A stretch of DNA of 64,000 bases from Octopus sinensis. Its lineage: Eukaryota. Where the stretch lies: contig NC_043012.1 in the NCBI RefSeq assembly GCF_006345805.1, forward strand, positions 15,376,001 through 15,440,000, in the 5' to 3' direction. A program made the position numbers and the translations under genes. The notes beneath the pieces are model-generated. The model was not told the origin of the DNA and ran no database searches. It saw nothing but the letters and a program-made list of their open reading frames with translations. Below, in pieces: positions 38,198 through 50,289 of the stretch (positions are counted from its first letter, which is position 1; each line of letters begins with the position of its first letter).

Positions 38198-38375
38198 AAT
38201 TTTACAAGGAATACTTGGATATTTACATCAAAGACCATTTTGATACAGATCTTGTGAAGTTAATTCGATTAAAAGAGCGCGGTGGCTTGATAAAAGCTCG
38301 CATGGAAGCGATCAAATATGTTACGGCTGAAGTAGTATGTATTTTAGACAGTCACATGGAAGTAAATATAAACTG
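38198..38375 (+). CDS. GALNT: GALNT exon 3 (DxH metal-binding motif)
   Basis: RLKERGGLIKARM...CILDSHMEVNINW; tttgcag acceptor, tg|gtgagt donor. Confidence 0.95.
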
Positions 38376-39048
38376 GTGAGTATCGCTTGATTAAATTGAA
38401 ATGGTTTTAGTATGTGTGTTAAGTGCTTTGATGTTGGACACAGAACAGCTCTGATGACTACATGTGAACCATCGAATCCTTAGCTGATTGTCCGTTTAAC
38501 AACTTCTCTCAAGAAAAATACAGTCTTCAAAAATTCAAAAAAAAAAAAAGCGAAGAATTCTATTATTTGCAACATAAACAAATGAAGCTTATGTTATTCT
38601 TGCGTAATGTTATTATATTGATTGAGTCAATTTAAGTTATTATAAAAGGCTCCATATTACAGACCGAAAAGGATGGCGTGTTTGTTTCGTTTCTTTGTAA
38701 CTGTGCGTATTCGTGTTTAACATAAATTTAACTGACACTGCACTTATAATTGGACCGTTTGGGGCCTTCAAGTCACTGTTTGACTCTTTAACAGATAACT
38801 CATCGTACACTCTTCTCTCCTGCCTACTCCTATACCAATGTCTTCCTTCTCGGCTCTCTTCCATACATCCCTTATTCAATGCGATTACCTCTTCATCCAC
38901 ATCTCCCTATCATTTAATAATTCATACTGTTTTACAACCATCACACCCCCGTCGAAGGACCTTAATCCGAAACATAAGACTTTCAACTCCTCGTGGAAAC
39001 TAAATTCTTGAGACCTGAACTACAAACTATTTTGGATATATTTTGCAG

Positions 39049-39252
39049 GTTGCAACCTTTACTTGTCGAGATAATGAAAAACCGTTCGACATTAGCTATG
39101 GGTCAACTAGATTATATCAACAGAAACACGTTTAAATATGAATTTAATCGGGACTACAAAACTCGTTATGGCTTCAACTGGGATTTCAAATTCTTTGAGC
39201 AGTATTTTCGACCAGATCAAATGTTAAATAAGAAGGTAACAGACACTTTACC
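39049..39252 (+). CDS. GALNT: GALNT exon 4
   Basis: WLQPLL...LDYINRNTFKY...GFNWDFKF; cc|gtaagt donor. Confidence 0.95.
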
Positions 39253-40555
39253 GTAAGTAAATTTTACTTCAAAATATCAAGCATTGACCTAAAATATCGA
39301 GCTAGGATTTGGTAGATTGCTTTTTAATGTATAGCTTATAATAGTATGGGTTGCTGTTGTACAGTGTTGTTTAAGGTGGCGAACTGGCAGAATGGTTTGC
39401 ACACCTGATAAAATGTTTAGCGGTATTCTCGTCCATCTTCACGTTCTTAGTTCAAATTCCGCCGAGAAGTATTTGCTTTTCATTCTTTCGGGATCGACGA
39501 AACCAGTACCATTTGAGTATTGGGGTCGATGTGATCGACAGCTCCCCACTCCCACCCCCAAATTTCAGGTCTTATGCCTATAAGAGAAAGGATTATACAG
39601 AGTTGTTGTCAAAGTCCAGATCAGCCAGTCATGGGGTAGCAAACTTATAACCAAAGACCTTTCAACCAGGGTCATTTTAATTTAAGACATAACATAATGT
39701 TGTTCAAGATGCAGTATATAACTTTCTTTTAAGATCTGACTAGATATGATTTGAAAGAGATATAGCTGATATATATAGATGAATGAGTAGGGTAATGTAG
39801 ATCAAGATGCACCGCGTAAGCTGTCTTCTTAAAATGGTTGGATATGATTTGAAAGAGATTTGCTTGCTATTTCTTGCAAGATGAATGAGTACATGGGAAC
39901 TCTATCGTTGATTCTATGTTATTGCTGCGTAGTGCTGATCAGCAGCTCTACATGAGCAGATCTTTGACACAGAAACCGCTGATGTGAGCTGAGAGTTCAA
40001 CATTCTGTTCATGCTGACTCTGTGAAGTATAATAACAATGCTGTAGATTTACCGTTCATTAGCACCGAATTGATTAGACCTATAATTAAAGCTGTTTCAG
40101 ATGTCAGCTCTTCTTTATTTTCAGGAATAGTGTATCTAGAGCTACATTTTTCAAAAATTTTGCCCGTTTAATGTGAGTTACAATGTGATATGAGAAATAC
40201 TTTTGCTGCTATTTCTAGCAATTTGAGTGATTATGAAGAGCATTCCTTATTGGTTCATATTAGTTCATATTGGTGGTGACGGTGATGGTGGCGAGCAGAC
40301 TAGAAATGCTGGCGGCGGTATTGGTGGTGTGATGATGGTTGTGGGGATGGAGAAAGTGACATAACGCTGGTTTCAGTGGTGGTGAATGGAAGGTGTTTGG
40401 GTAAACTATACAAGTATTCGCCGTGTTTGTCACGAACACAACTTTCGTTGTCCATAAATAAACAATGTCGGAAATGTTGTGTTGATATATCGACCACCAC
40501 AGCGTCTTGAAAACTCAGCCTTGATACGTAAAAGTAAATGTTGGTCTGCCTCTGT

Positions 40556-40607
40556 GTTATGTATGTATGTATGTATGTATGTATGTATGTATGTATGTAT
40601 GTATGTA

Positions 40608-40639
<32 letters not shown>

Positions 40640-40657
40640 TGTGTGTGTATGTATGTA

Positions 40658-40692
<35 letters not shown>

Positions 40693-40825
40693 ATGTATGC
40701 ATGTATGCATGTATGTATGTATGTATGTATGCATGTATGTATGTATGTATGTATGTATGTATGTATGTGTGTGTGTATGTATGTATGTATGTATGTATGT
40801 ATGTATGTATGTATGTATGTATGTA

Positions 40826-40856
<31 letters not shown>

Positions 40857-41448
40857 ATGTATGTATGTATGTATGTATGTATGTATGTATGTATGTGTGT
40901 GTGTATGTATGTATGTATGTATGTATGTATGTATGTATGTATGTATGTATGTATGTGTGTATGTATGTATGTATGTATGTATGTATGTATGTATGTATGT
41001 ATATGTGTATGTATGTATGTATGTATGAATGTATGTATGTATGTGTGTGTGTATGTATGTATGTATGTGTGTATGTATGTATGTATGTATGTATGTATGT
41101 ATGTATGTATGTATGTATGTATGTATGTATGTATGTATGTGTGTGTGTATGTATGTATGTATGTGTGTATGTATGTATGTATGTATGTATGCATGTATGT
41201 ATGTATGTATGTATGTATGTGTGTATGTATGTATGTATGTATGTATGTGTGTATGTATGTATGTATGTATGTATGTATGTATGTATGCATGTATGTATGT
41301 ATGTTGTATGTATGTATGTATGTATGTATGTATGTGTGCGTGCATGCATGTATGTATGTATGTATGTATGTATGTATGTATGCATGTATGTATGTATGTA
41401 TGCATGCATGTATGCATGCATGCGTGTGTGTGTATGTATGTATGTATG

Positions 41449-41476
<28 letters not shown>
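40556..41476. repeat. About 920-bp compound (TATG)n/(TG)n microsatellite
   Basis: Directly visible; generates the spurious MYVC/HTYI ORFs. Confidence 0.95.
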
Positions 41477-41479
<3 letters not shown>

Positions 41480-41503
41480 GCTTGCCTCCTGCCTGCTTGT
41501 CTA

Positions 41504-41536
<33 letters not shown>

Positions 41537-41549
41537 ATGCATGTATATA

Positions 41550-42467
41550 CGAGGAGGTACCAAAAAACCCTGGAATTTTGCAATATTATTTTATTCACAT
41601 AGTTTTACATGTTTAAACTTTTATTGCCTTCAAAGAATTCTCCATTTGAAGCAAAGCATCGGTGAAGACGCGTTTTCCGCTGTTCGAAGCAGTGAGGGAA
41701 CTCTTGCAAAGGGATGCCTTTTAGCTCCTTCGTCGATTTTTTTTTCATCACCCTCTTCCACATCTGCAAATTCCGTAGCACAAACTTTCGTCACCCGCGA
41801 TGACCTTCGAAAAAAGGTCCGGATCAATTTCCGCCGTTCTTCCAGTTCCCAATATGCATTCAGTCTTGACTGCTTTTGATCTTCCGTGAGCAAGCGAGAC
41901 ACAAATTTTGCAGCAACTCTTTTCATTCGCAATTCCTTGCTCAAAATTCGTTGGCAGGAGTTCCAGGACACACCAATCATATTAACAAGTTCGTCAGCTG
42001 TTCGGCGACGGTCTTCTAAGATCAGTTCATGAATTTTCGTGATGCTTTCATTTGTCCGGGAGGTGGACGGTCACCCTGAACGAGGTTGGTCTTCAAGCGA
42101 CAACTGACCATTTCTAAAGCGTGAAAACCACTCGTATACTTGTGTTTTGCTCATGGCAGCTTCCTTGTAAGCTGTTTGAAGCATGACAGCCGCCGTTGGC
42201 CGCCGTTTTCACCAGGAAAAAAACCCTCAGAATTCCATGGAAGCACGCTGTTCCTTCGTTTCAACCGTCGCAAAAATCGACGAACAGGGGAGAAGCTGTG
42301 CAAGACAAAGAGATATCACATGGTAGTACGACTTAACACGACGACGCCTGTCGGCAGACTGATACCCGAGAGTCGCATCAAGTGGCTTCTAGTGATGGAA
42401 GCCTGAACTACAACAGAGAACGTTTCCCACAGAGAACGTTTCCCGTTACTTTTGGGTACCTCCTTGT
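41550..42467 (-). mobile_element. Internally deleted mariner transposon
   Basis: TIRs cgaggaggtaccaaaa / ttttgggtacctccttg. Minus-strand YEWFSRFRNG...DQPRSG, CQRILSKELRMKRVAAKFV; catalytic half largely missing. Confidence 0.85.
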
Positions 42468-42911
42468 TTGTAGGTATACATTATCAGTATTTACGTGTTT
42501 GCCTGTCTATCTATCTACCTGCCCGCATGCCTGTCTGTCCGTCTACCTGTCTACCTGTCTACCTGTCTGTCTGTCTGTCTGTCTGTCTGTATGTATGTAT
42601 GTATGTATGTATGTGTGTCCTTGACTACAGGCCTTAGATAACTGCAGGTTTGCATAAGAGAACATTTTTTACAAGTTCTCACGGTCTTTTTGACCTCTGA
42701 TATTTCTAACTAAAAAATATTGCTTATCACCTCCTTCCCATTCATATACTGCAATAGACACCGAGAAAATTATACTGATATGATTCGTTCAGAGTAATCA
42801 TATAAATTAGTATAGCGTTGGGGTGGAGAGTATGTTTGTCAAGAATTCTTTTTTAAAAAGCAAGATGAGAATGTTTTAAAGTTTTATATCGGTGCACCTA
42901 TTGTGCGCTTG

Positions 42912-43165
42912 ACTTGACAACATTCACCCGGGTTGGGTTGAGCTGGCTTCATTCATCCTCAATGCTACATCTCTCACAAACGCCGACTAGGCCTGGAAAT
43001 TTGAGGCTAACGACCGCGTGATCTCCAACCACTCCTTAGTGAGGCGAGTGTTAAATCAGCGAACTGGGATGCTAATGCGACACGGATGAACGCAATTTGG
43101 GGGCTTTTGGAACGTCAGATCCCTGATGCATGAAGAAACACAGGCACTAACGATGCACACTCTCT
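42912..43165 (+). mobile_element. Short RTE-derived insertion with a 13-bp flanking duplication
   Basis: tattgtgcgcttg at 42899-42911 and 43166-43178; contains FWNVRSL, resembling the N-terminal motif of the RTE AP endonuclease. Confidence 0.5.
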
Positions 43166-43387
43166 TATTGTGCGCTTGCATGAAGCTCACTTCGAATCAT
43201 CTTCTGATGAGGTTTATCCTAAAATATATGGATCTCAAGTAATAGTATTTCTTTTAGGTATTAGTAAACCTTGGAATGGTTAGATAGTTCTGCTAATATA
43301 TAATAAAGAACTTTATCCTGAGAACCGAATGTCTTCTATAACACTGTGTAGCAAATTATTTTTTTTCATCTTTGGTCAGTAACTGTT

Positions 43388-44063
43388 ATTTCCTATTTAA
43401 TATAGTGTGGAGGCACATGGCCTAGTGGTTAGAGCAGCGGACTCGCGGTCGAGGGATCGGGGGTTCGAATCTCAGACCGGACGATGCGTATGTTTATGAG
43501 CGAAACACCTAAGCACCACGCGGCTCCGGCAGAAGGTAATGGCGAAACTTCTGCTGACTCTTTCGCCACAACTTTCTCTCACTCTTTCCTACTGCATCTT
43601 GCAGCTCACCTGCGATGGACCGGCATCCCGTCCAGGTGGGGAACCTATACACCAAGGAAACGGGAAACCGGCCCTTATGAGCCAGGCATGGCTCGAGAAG
43701 GAACAAACAACAAAACATTTCCTATTTAATATAGTGTGGAGGCACATGGCCTAGTGGTTAGAGCAGCGGACTCGCGGTCGAGGGATCGGGGGTTCGAATC
43801 TCAGACCGGACGATGCGTATGTTTATGAGCGAAACACCTAAGCACCACGCGGCTCCGGCAGAAGGTAATGGCGAAACTTCTGCTGACTCTTTCGCCACAA
43901 CTTTCTCTCACTCTTTCCTACTGCATCTTGCAGCTCACCTGCGATGGACCGGCATCCCGTCCAGGTGGGGAACCTATACACCAAGGAAACGGGAAACCGG
44001 CCCTTATGAGCCAGGCATGGCTCGAGAAGGAACAAACAACAAAACATTTCCTATTTAATATAG
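43388..44063 (+). mobile_element. Head-to-tail dimer of a tRNA-derived SINE (family C), TSD-SINE-TSD-SINE-TSD
   Basis: 18-mer atttcctatttaatatag at 43388, 43717 and 44046; identical SINE bodies 43406-43716 and 43735-44045; period 329 bp. Confidence 0.92.
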
Positions 44064-44102
44064 AACGTAATACAGTATACCCAATAGTTGTTTTAATTGC
44101 AG

Positions 44103-44220
44103 TGGTCCTGTAATAGTCGGAGCAGGATTCGCAATGGATGTGAAGTTCTTCAGAAAGATTGGACTCTATGACCCAAAGATGGCAATTTGGGGAGGAGAAA
44201 ATTTGGAACTTTCATGGCGA
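44103..44220 (+). CDS. GALNT: GALNT exon 5 (WGGEN motif)
   Basis: GPVIVGAGFAMD...IGLYDPKMAIWGGENLELSWR; cga|gtatgt donor. Confidence 0.95.
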
Positions 44221-44928
44221 GTATGTATTCTTTAACAATTTACTTTCTTTTATTTGATACTCACTCTTCACTATTTTATATTTAATAAGTTATCCATGAA
44301 GCCTTGAGTAATAATGTCTCCAGAAAACTCTTCATCTCGTTACTTAGACTTTATTTTTTTCCAGTCCTTCTCCTTAAAATTATTTCTGCCTTGAATAGTT
44401 TCTTACCCCTGTCTATACCGAACTCCAAGCGTGTTACAGTTCTAACTTCGCATAAATAAAATTTCATCAAGCAATTTTCCTACAAGAAGAATTTGTTAAT
44501 TCTAAACCCTTTCTTTTCTCTTCCAAATAGAAAACGTTATGCTACAGCTGAAAGCACGGACTTTTTGGCTCTCGACATTACCTGGAGCTGTTTCATTGGA
44601 AAGAGAATCTTTTCTGTAAATTCAATTCTTCCTTCAGGATTGAATTTATTAACGCGTATTATTTCAGTACATAAAAATAACGATGAAATTTAAAAATTAC
44701 CGAATCAACTCAGAAAATTAGGGATTTTGTATAGCAGAAAAGAGGAAATGGTCAAAGCTATGACTTTGTTCCGCTTAATCAGCGGTTCAGTAACGTCTTT
44801 ATCTGCTGGGCTTTCTTCTCTTTGACTTTTCTTGTTGAGGTTGGGTGGAACACAAGATTGTTTTTTGTCCCCTTTTCTGAATGTTTAAATGGATTCCACT
44901 AACTTTTCTTATTAAATTCTATATTCAG

Positions 44929-45114
44929 GTGTGGTGTTGTGGCGGTCAGGTCCTTCATGTATTTTGCTCGCACTTTGGTCATATTGCACGTTATCAACCT
45001 TACAGTTTCCCTCGTGACAGGTTACACACAGAGGTTTATAACTACAAACGGGCCGCAGACGTGTGGTTAGGGCCTTATAAGAAATACGTTTACAATTACT
45101 TTCCTTTAATGAGG
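44929..45114 (+). CDS. GALNT: GALNT exon 6
   Basis: VWCCGG...CSHFGHIAR..PYSFP...NYKRAADVWL; 62 codons, phase 0/0. Confidence 0.95.
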
Positions 45115-45754
45115 GTATTTATTTTTTCATTTTTTGTCTTTTATCTTTTTACTTGTTTCAGTCACTAGACTGGAGTCGAATGAATCGACTCCAGAACTTA
45201 TTTTATGGCCTGGTACTTATTCAATCGGTTTCTTTTGCTGAAATGCTAAGTTACGGAAATGCAAACACACCAACACCGAATTTCAGCTACTCTGTTGTGA
45301 GATCAATAAATCGACCCAAGCTGTCAGGAAATCCAGTACAACTGCTTTCTACTGCAGGAATGACATGTATTATGCAAGAATTTGACGAAAACTGTACATT
45401 TCGGGAATAAATTTGGAAATTAAAAACATTTACCGTCTAGATTCCTGGACCAATTGGTTTCTAATCTTCTTTTAGCGAGTCATAGAGAACTCACAAGGTT
45501 TGATTTTCCTCAGCTGGCCCAACCTAGTGTTAAACATATCTACACGAGACAAAAAAGGCTACCTGTCTCGTGTACATACGAACTAACTATTCAAATTTAC
45601 TGCGCAGACGCAGTCCATTCGTTGACTACAATAAAAAAACCGCCAACTTTTAACCGAAAATTATCCAAAAATTTACAATATTCAATCATATTAAAGGGAA
45701 GTTAATTTTGAGATATATATATCATGAAGTATCAGGCATATATTGCTTCTAGTA

Positions 45755-46140
45755 GGGGAAGCACTCCGTCGGTTACGACGACGAGGGTTCCGGTTGATCC
45801 GAATCAACGGAACAGCCTGCTCGTGAAATTAACGTGTAAGTGGCTGAGCACTCCACAGACACGTGTACCCTTAACGTAGATCTCGGGGATATTTAGCATG
45901 ACACAGAGAGTGACAAGGCCGGCCCTTTGAAATACAGGTACAACAGAAACAGGAAGTAAGAGTGAGAGAAAGTTGTGGTGAAAGAGTACAGCAGGGATCA
46001 CCACCATCCCCTGCCGGAGCCTCGTGGAGCTTTAGGTGTTTTCGCTCAATAAACACTCACAACGCCCGGTCTGGGAATCGAAACCGCGATCTTATGACCG
46101 CGAGTCCGCTGCCCTAACCACTGGGCCATTGCGCCTCCCA
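45755..46140 (-). mobile_element. tRNA-derived SINE sharing the family C head but with a different 3' half
   Basis: 13-bp TSD attgcttctagta (45742-45754, 46141-46153); head ggaggcgcaatggcccagtggttagggcagcggactcgcggtc. Confidence 0.88.
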
Positions 46141-46417
46141 ATTGCTTCTAGTATTATTACTGGAAGACCTGGAAATAGCAAATAAATGGTATATGTCCTA
46201 TGTCTTCATTGGATAATTTTATTTACAGCTAGATAACTCGAGTTATTAGAAAGCTTATGTGTCTTTGCATGAAAGCAACACATTGCCGGCAACAAGGCAG
46301 TTATCCTTTGTCCTATCATCTCAGCCATTCTCACTTTCATAAATAAAAGTATAATAGAGAAAATTAACGATTGTTATTTCTAATTATGGTTACTTTCCTC
46401 CTCCACATCACTTCCAG

Positions 46418-46552
46418 GATATGGATGTCGGTGATTTAAGTGATCGTCTGAGAATAAAGAACGAATTGAAATGCAAAAATTTCGATTGGTATCTGGATAA
46501 TATATGGCCTGAGTTGTTCCGCTTTGACGTTAATGTTACAGCAAGTGGTGAG
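46418..46552 (+). CDS. GALNT: GALNT exon 7
   Basis: DMDVGDLSDRLRIKNELKCKNFDWYLDNIWPEL; gag|gtaagc donor. Confidence 0.95.
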
Positions 46553-47287
46553 GTAAGCGTCTCTTTAATTTCATACCTACCTTGGAATAATTTTATATCT
46601 AGTTGTGATGGGTGAAACTGTGATGTGAGACAGTAATGATGCTCTGAATTGACAATGTAATATAAATAATTCAATAGGTGGAATATGTAGGGAACAAGAG
46701 AAATTTGACGTTCTGTGTGCTCTCCTTCTTTAGAGAAATAAAATAAGTCGAATGCGAAAGAGAAATGGAGAATTGATGTGAATTAGATGTGAAGTACAAT
46801 GTGGAAGGAAGTGAAATTTTGGATAATAGTGGCCTAAATACTGGGTGAAGAATGGGAAAAGAAAGAAGGCTAGACAAGAAGGTGATGAGACTAAAGACAA
46901 ACAGACACAAACTCCATAACAAGATCAACGACTGTGTGCAGGGAGAGAATGAGCTGATAGAAAAAGGTTTCAAGAGTGAAATAAAATTAAAATGTTTGGC
47001 AAACTGTATTGAATTGGAATTTAAGGAGTGATACCGCGAAAAGAGGCACAAAAGTGATGTAGTCTCCGATGAAAGTAGGATCCTGTCAAAAGGTTGAAAA
47101 AAAAAAGTTTTTTTGTCAAAACTTTCTACAATTTCTGAACTAGTCCTCACAGTCTAGCTCCACACAACTCATAAAACCCATTGATTTTATTTTATTTTTC
47201 TCCTACAAAAGTTTTACGATCCATTGTTCTGGTTACTTCAAAGCCAGCATATTACCCTCTCCTTCTTCTCCAATTGACTGGCGTAAA

Positions 47288-47315
47288 CTACTACTACTAC
47301 CACGACCACCTCACT

Positions 47316-47352
<37 letters not shown>

Positions 47353-47493
47353 TTACTACTACTACCACCACCACCACTACCACCACCACCACCACTTCTA
47401 CTACTACTACTACTACTACTACCACGCTCACCATCACTACCATTACTACTACTACTACCACAACCACCACTACCACCACCACCACCACCACTT

Positions 47494-47532
<39 letters not shown>

Positions 47533-47533
47533 T

Positions 47534-47572
<39 letters not shown>

Positions 47573-47573
47573 A
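47288..47573. repeat. (ACT/ACC)n compound trinucleotide repeat
   Basis: Directly visible; source of the poly-T/S/V ORFs. Confidence 0.95.
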
Positions 47574-47979
47574 TGACGCAGCATAGACGGTCCACATGAC
47601 ATTTGGAAGTGACCTACATAAACTTTTGTTGCTAAAATTTAATTACAACAGGATTTTTTTAAACATTGAATGGCTATGGAAGCCCAAAAGGGCAAAAACA
47701 GGAATTAAAGTTTCATATAAAATATTTCTAGCCTTGCTCTTGCTTAACTGAGAGATAACATTCGTAGATCTAAATGAAACTAATCAAACCCAGGTTTGTT
47801 AAAATCGTGGCCATGGCGTTGTCTGATCTGTCTTCTCTCTCTCCCACTCTCTCCCCTCTCTCTCACTCCTCTCTCTCTCTCTCATTTGTTATCTAAAAGC
47901 TGTTTAAGATCACGACCAGATATTCCTTGTAGAATAATTAATTACTTCAGAATATACTTAGAGGTATTTGAGATAAGTT

Positions 47980-48211
47980 AAGGCGGCGAGCTGGCAGAAA
48001 CGTTAGCACGCCGGGCGAAATGTTTAGCAGTATTTCGTCTGCCGCTACGTTCTGAGTTCAAATTCCGCCGAGGTCGACTTTGCCTTTCATCCTTTCGGGG
48101 TCGATAAATTAAGTACCAGTTACGCACTGGGTCGATATAATCGACTTAATCCGTTTGTCTGTCCTTGTTTGTCCTCTCTGTGTTTAGCCCCTTGTGGGTA
48201 GTAAAGAAATA
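47980..48211 (+). mobile_element. SINE family B, full length
   Basis: Near-identical to 6735-6961 and 63123-63354. Confidence 0.9.
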
Positions 48212-48607
48212 AGTTTCTGTTTGTTTCAAAGTAGATTTTTACTGTTCTCAAAACATATTTTCATCTAATTCAGAATATACTTTACAATTTCTTCAGACTA
48301 TCAGAATATTTTCATACCTGACGTCAACTTTGTCTTTCATTAAATTCAGGGTGCTGGTCAAGCTGACCGGATGCCTGCAGAGTTTCTTCTAGGTCTCTGC
48401 GTTTGGTGTTCAAATTCAACCGCGCCCTCTTTGGGTGCCTTTAACACTCTGTTGCAAACATCTGTACCAGGTCTCCGGTTTGTGAATATATTTTTCCGTT
48501 CCTCCTACAAGTCTCGGAAGCTTTGTGAAGCATCATAGACACCACCTGCCTTCTGACTAAAAGATTAAACAAGTATTTATCTCAAAATAGGTTCATGCCT
48601 ATCTCAC

Positions 48608-48650
<43 letters not shown>

Positions 48651-48810
48651 ACACACACACACACACACAGACACACACACAGACACCACACACACACACA
48701 CACACATATATGAGAGTATTGTAGTTCGCTTGAAGCATGTGTATTCTTTGTAAAGAATAAAAAGTTTTGAATGGTACAACAATGCACTATAATACAGGCA
48801 ATACAGACAA

Positions 48811-48942
48811 TACCTGTTGTAATTTAGTCATCCATTGTCTATGCTATTTCGGAATAATATTCCTTCTTCAGATAATATCTGAAGAAGGAATATTATTCCG
48901 AAATAGCATATCAGACTATGAATAACTAAATTACAACAGGTA
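48811..48942. repeat. Near-perfect palindrome (about 64-bp arms)
   Basis: Core atgctatttcggaataatattccttcttcagata-a-tatctgaagaaggaatattattccgaaatagcat is a perfect inverted repeat. Confidence 0.92.
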
Positions 48943-49024
48943 CACAGCCCATTGTCTGTATTATAGTGCATTGTTGTACCATTGAAAACTTTTATTCTTG
49001 ATATATATATATATATATAAATCC

Positions 49025-49330
49025 TTAAATCCTTAAAAATGTTTTAGCCCGAAGGCTGCGGCCATGCTGGGGCACCACCGCTGAATGAGCTACACTAACA
49101 TGTGAAACCACCTCTGATACGTGGCACTTGGTCAACAAGGGAGTTCGATGCCGCTGCCCGCATCTGTGTCTCCTGTCGTGAGGTAGGTTCATCTGGGACA
49201 AGAAGAGATCCAGTTTAGTTTTAAAGAAACCCACATCCACACCATGCAAGTCTCTCAGGCTTTTAGGGAGGATGTTAAAGAGCTGTGGTCCTCTGAGACC
49301 CAAACTGTTGCAGTATCTGGTCCTGTATTT
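49025..49330 (-). mobile_element. 3' end of a CR1-group LINE
   Basis: NSLGLRGPQLFNILPKSLRDL...FKTKLDLFLS; 3' tail ggtgccccagcatggccgcagccttcgggctaaaac followed by (ttaaggat)n. Confidence 0.75.
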
Positions 49331-49437
49331 TGATGGTGATGTTGAATACATATATAATGATAGTGAATATATATATATTTCGTTTTGGGATTTGGTTTAC
49401 AAGATTCTTTATATGAATTCGTGTGTTGGATTCTGTT

Positions 49438-49710
49438 GAATTCTGTTGTGTCTGGGGAGGGTCATTTTCTTTTTGTGCCTTATAATGCACTCACTGGTAA
49501 AATTTCCACTTTTTTCTTATTTTTATTTTCCTAAAATTTTCGTTGCGACGTCTTGTAATCTTTTCAAGAGTCAAGACTACTGAAAAGGTTGCAAGACGCA
49601 ACGAAAATTTTAGGAAAATAAAAATAAGAAAAAAGTGGAAATTTGACCGGTGAGTGTGTTATATTACAAGGCACAAAATGAAAATGACTCTCCCCAGACA
49701 CAACAGAATA
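49438..49710. repeat. Imperfect inverted repeat (two diverged copies of one element, opposite orientation)
   Basis: About 49438-49565 mirrors about 49575-49710 (ttctgttgtgtctgggga...cctaaaattttcgttgcg). Confidence 0.85.
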
Positions 49711-50289
49711 TATATATATATTATTATTATTACTAGTATTGTTATACATACATACAAGCATACGTAATGATAATAATAATAAGTGGATGTAAACACATGA
49801 ACAAAATAAGAATGAACAAAAACAACAACAAAAACAAATTACACGAACGTATATAAACAGAAGATACAAATATTACAGGCATCGCCCCCCCACACTAAAT
49901 GAACATAGACGCACATAGAGATATAAGCATGCGCAAATGAAGACATACAATAGAAATACAAAATGGCTGACAGTTAGTAAGGAGAGACACAAATAAGAAA
50001 GAAGAAAGCAAAGGACCACTGATGCGGTCACAGGAGTGTGACGAAAGAACTCTGGCCGAAATAAGATTAAGATTAATGTAAAAAATAAATAACACTGAAA
50101 CAAAATAACACCAAATATATAGTGCGTGTGTTTTATTGGCTAAACTGGCAAAATGACCATTCCGAAATATAACAATATATATATATATCAGAGAAATCAT
50201 TCTAATCTGTCTTAGAATATTTATCGGTGAATAAGTTCAAATCTTGTTAAGAATAAACCTGATATTATGTAAACTAATTTATAGCAGTG

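Noticed and set aside
40300-41879. Long ORFs (up to 466 aa) of MYVC/HTYI repeats
   Set aside because: Translation of a (TATG)n microsatellite; the same applies to the YI, CV, poly-T/S/V and poly-L ORFs elsewhere.
43406-43490. tRNA genes (also at SINE A and B heads)
   Set aside because: The tRNA-like heads continue into SINE bodies with tails and TSDs and have no complete cloverleaf.
48349-48540. Possible GALNT exon after ttaaattcag
   Set aside because: The translation has no lectin similarity and hits a stop; exon 8 at 51172 fits phase and domain.
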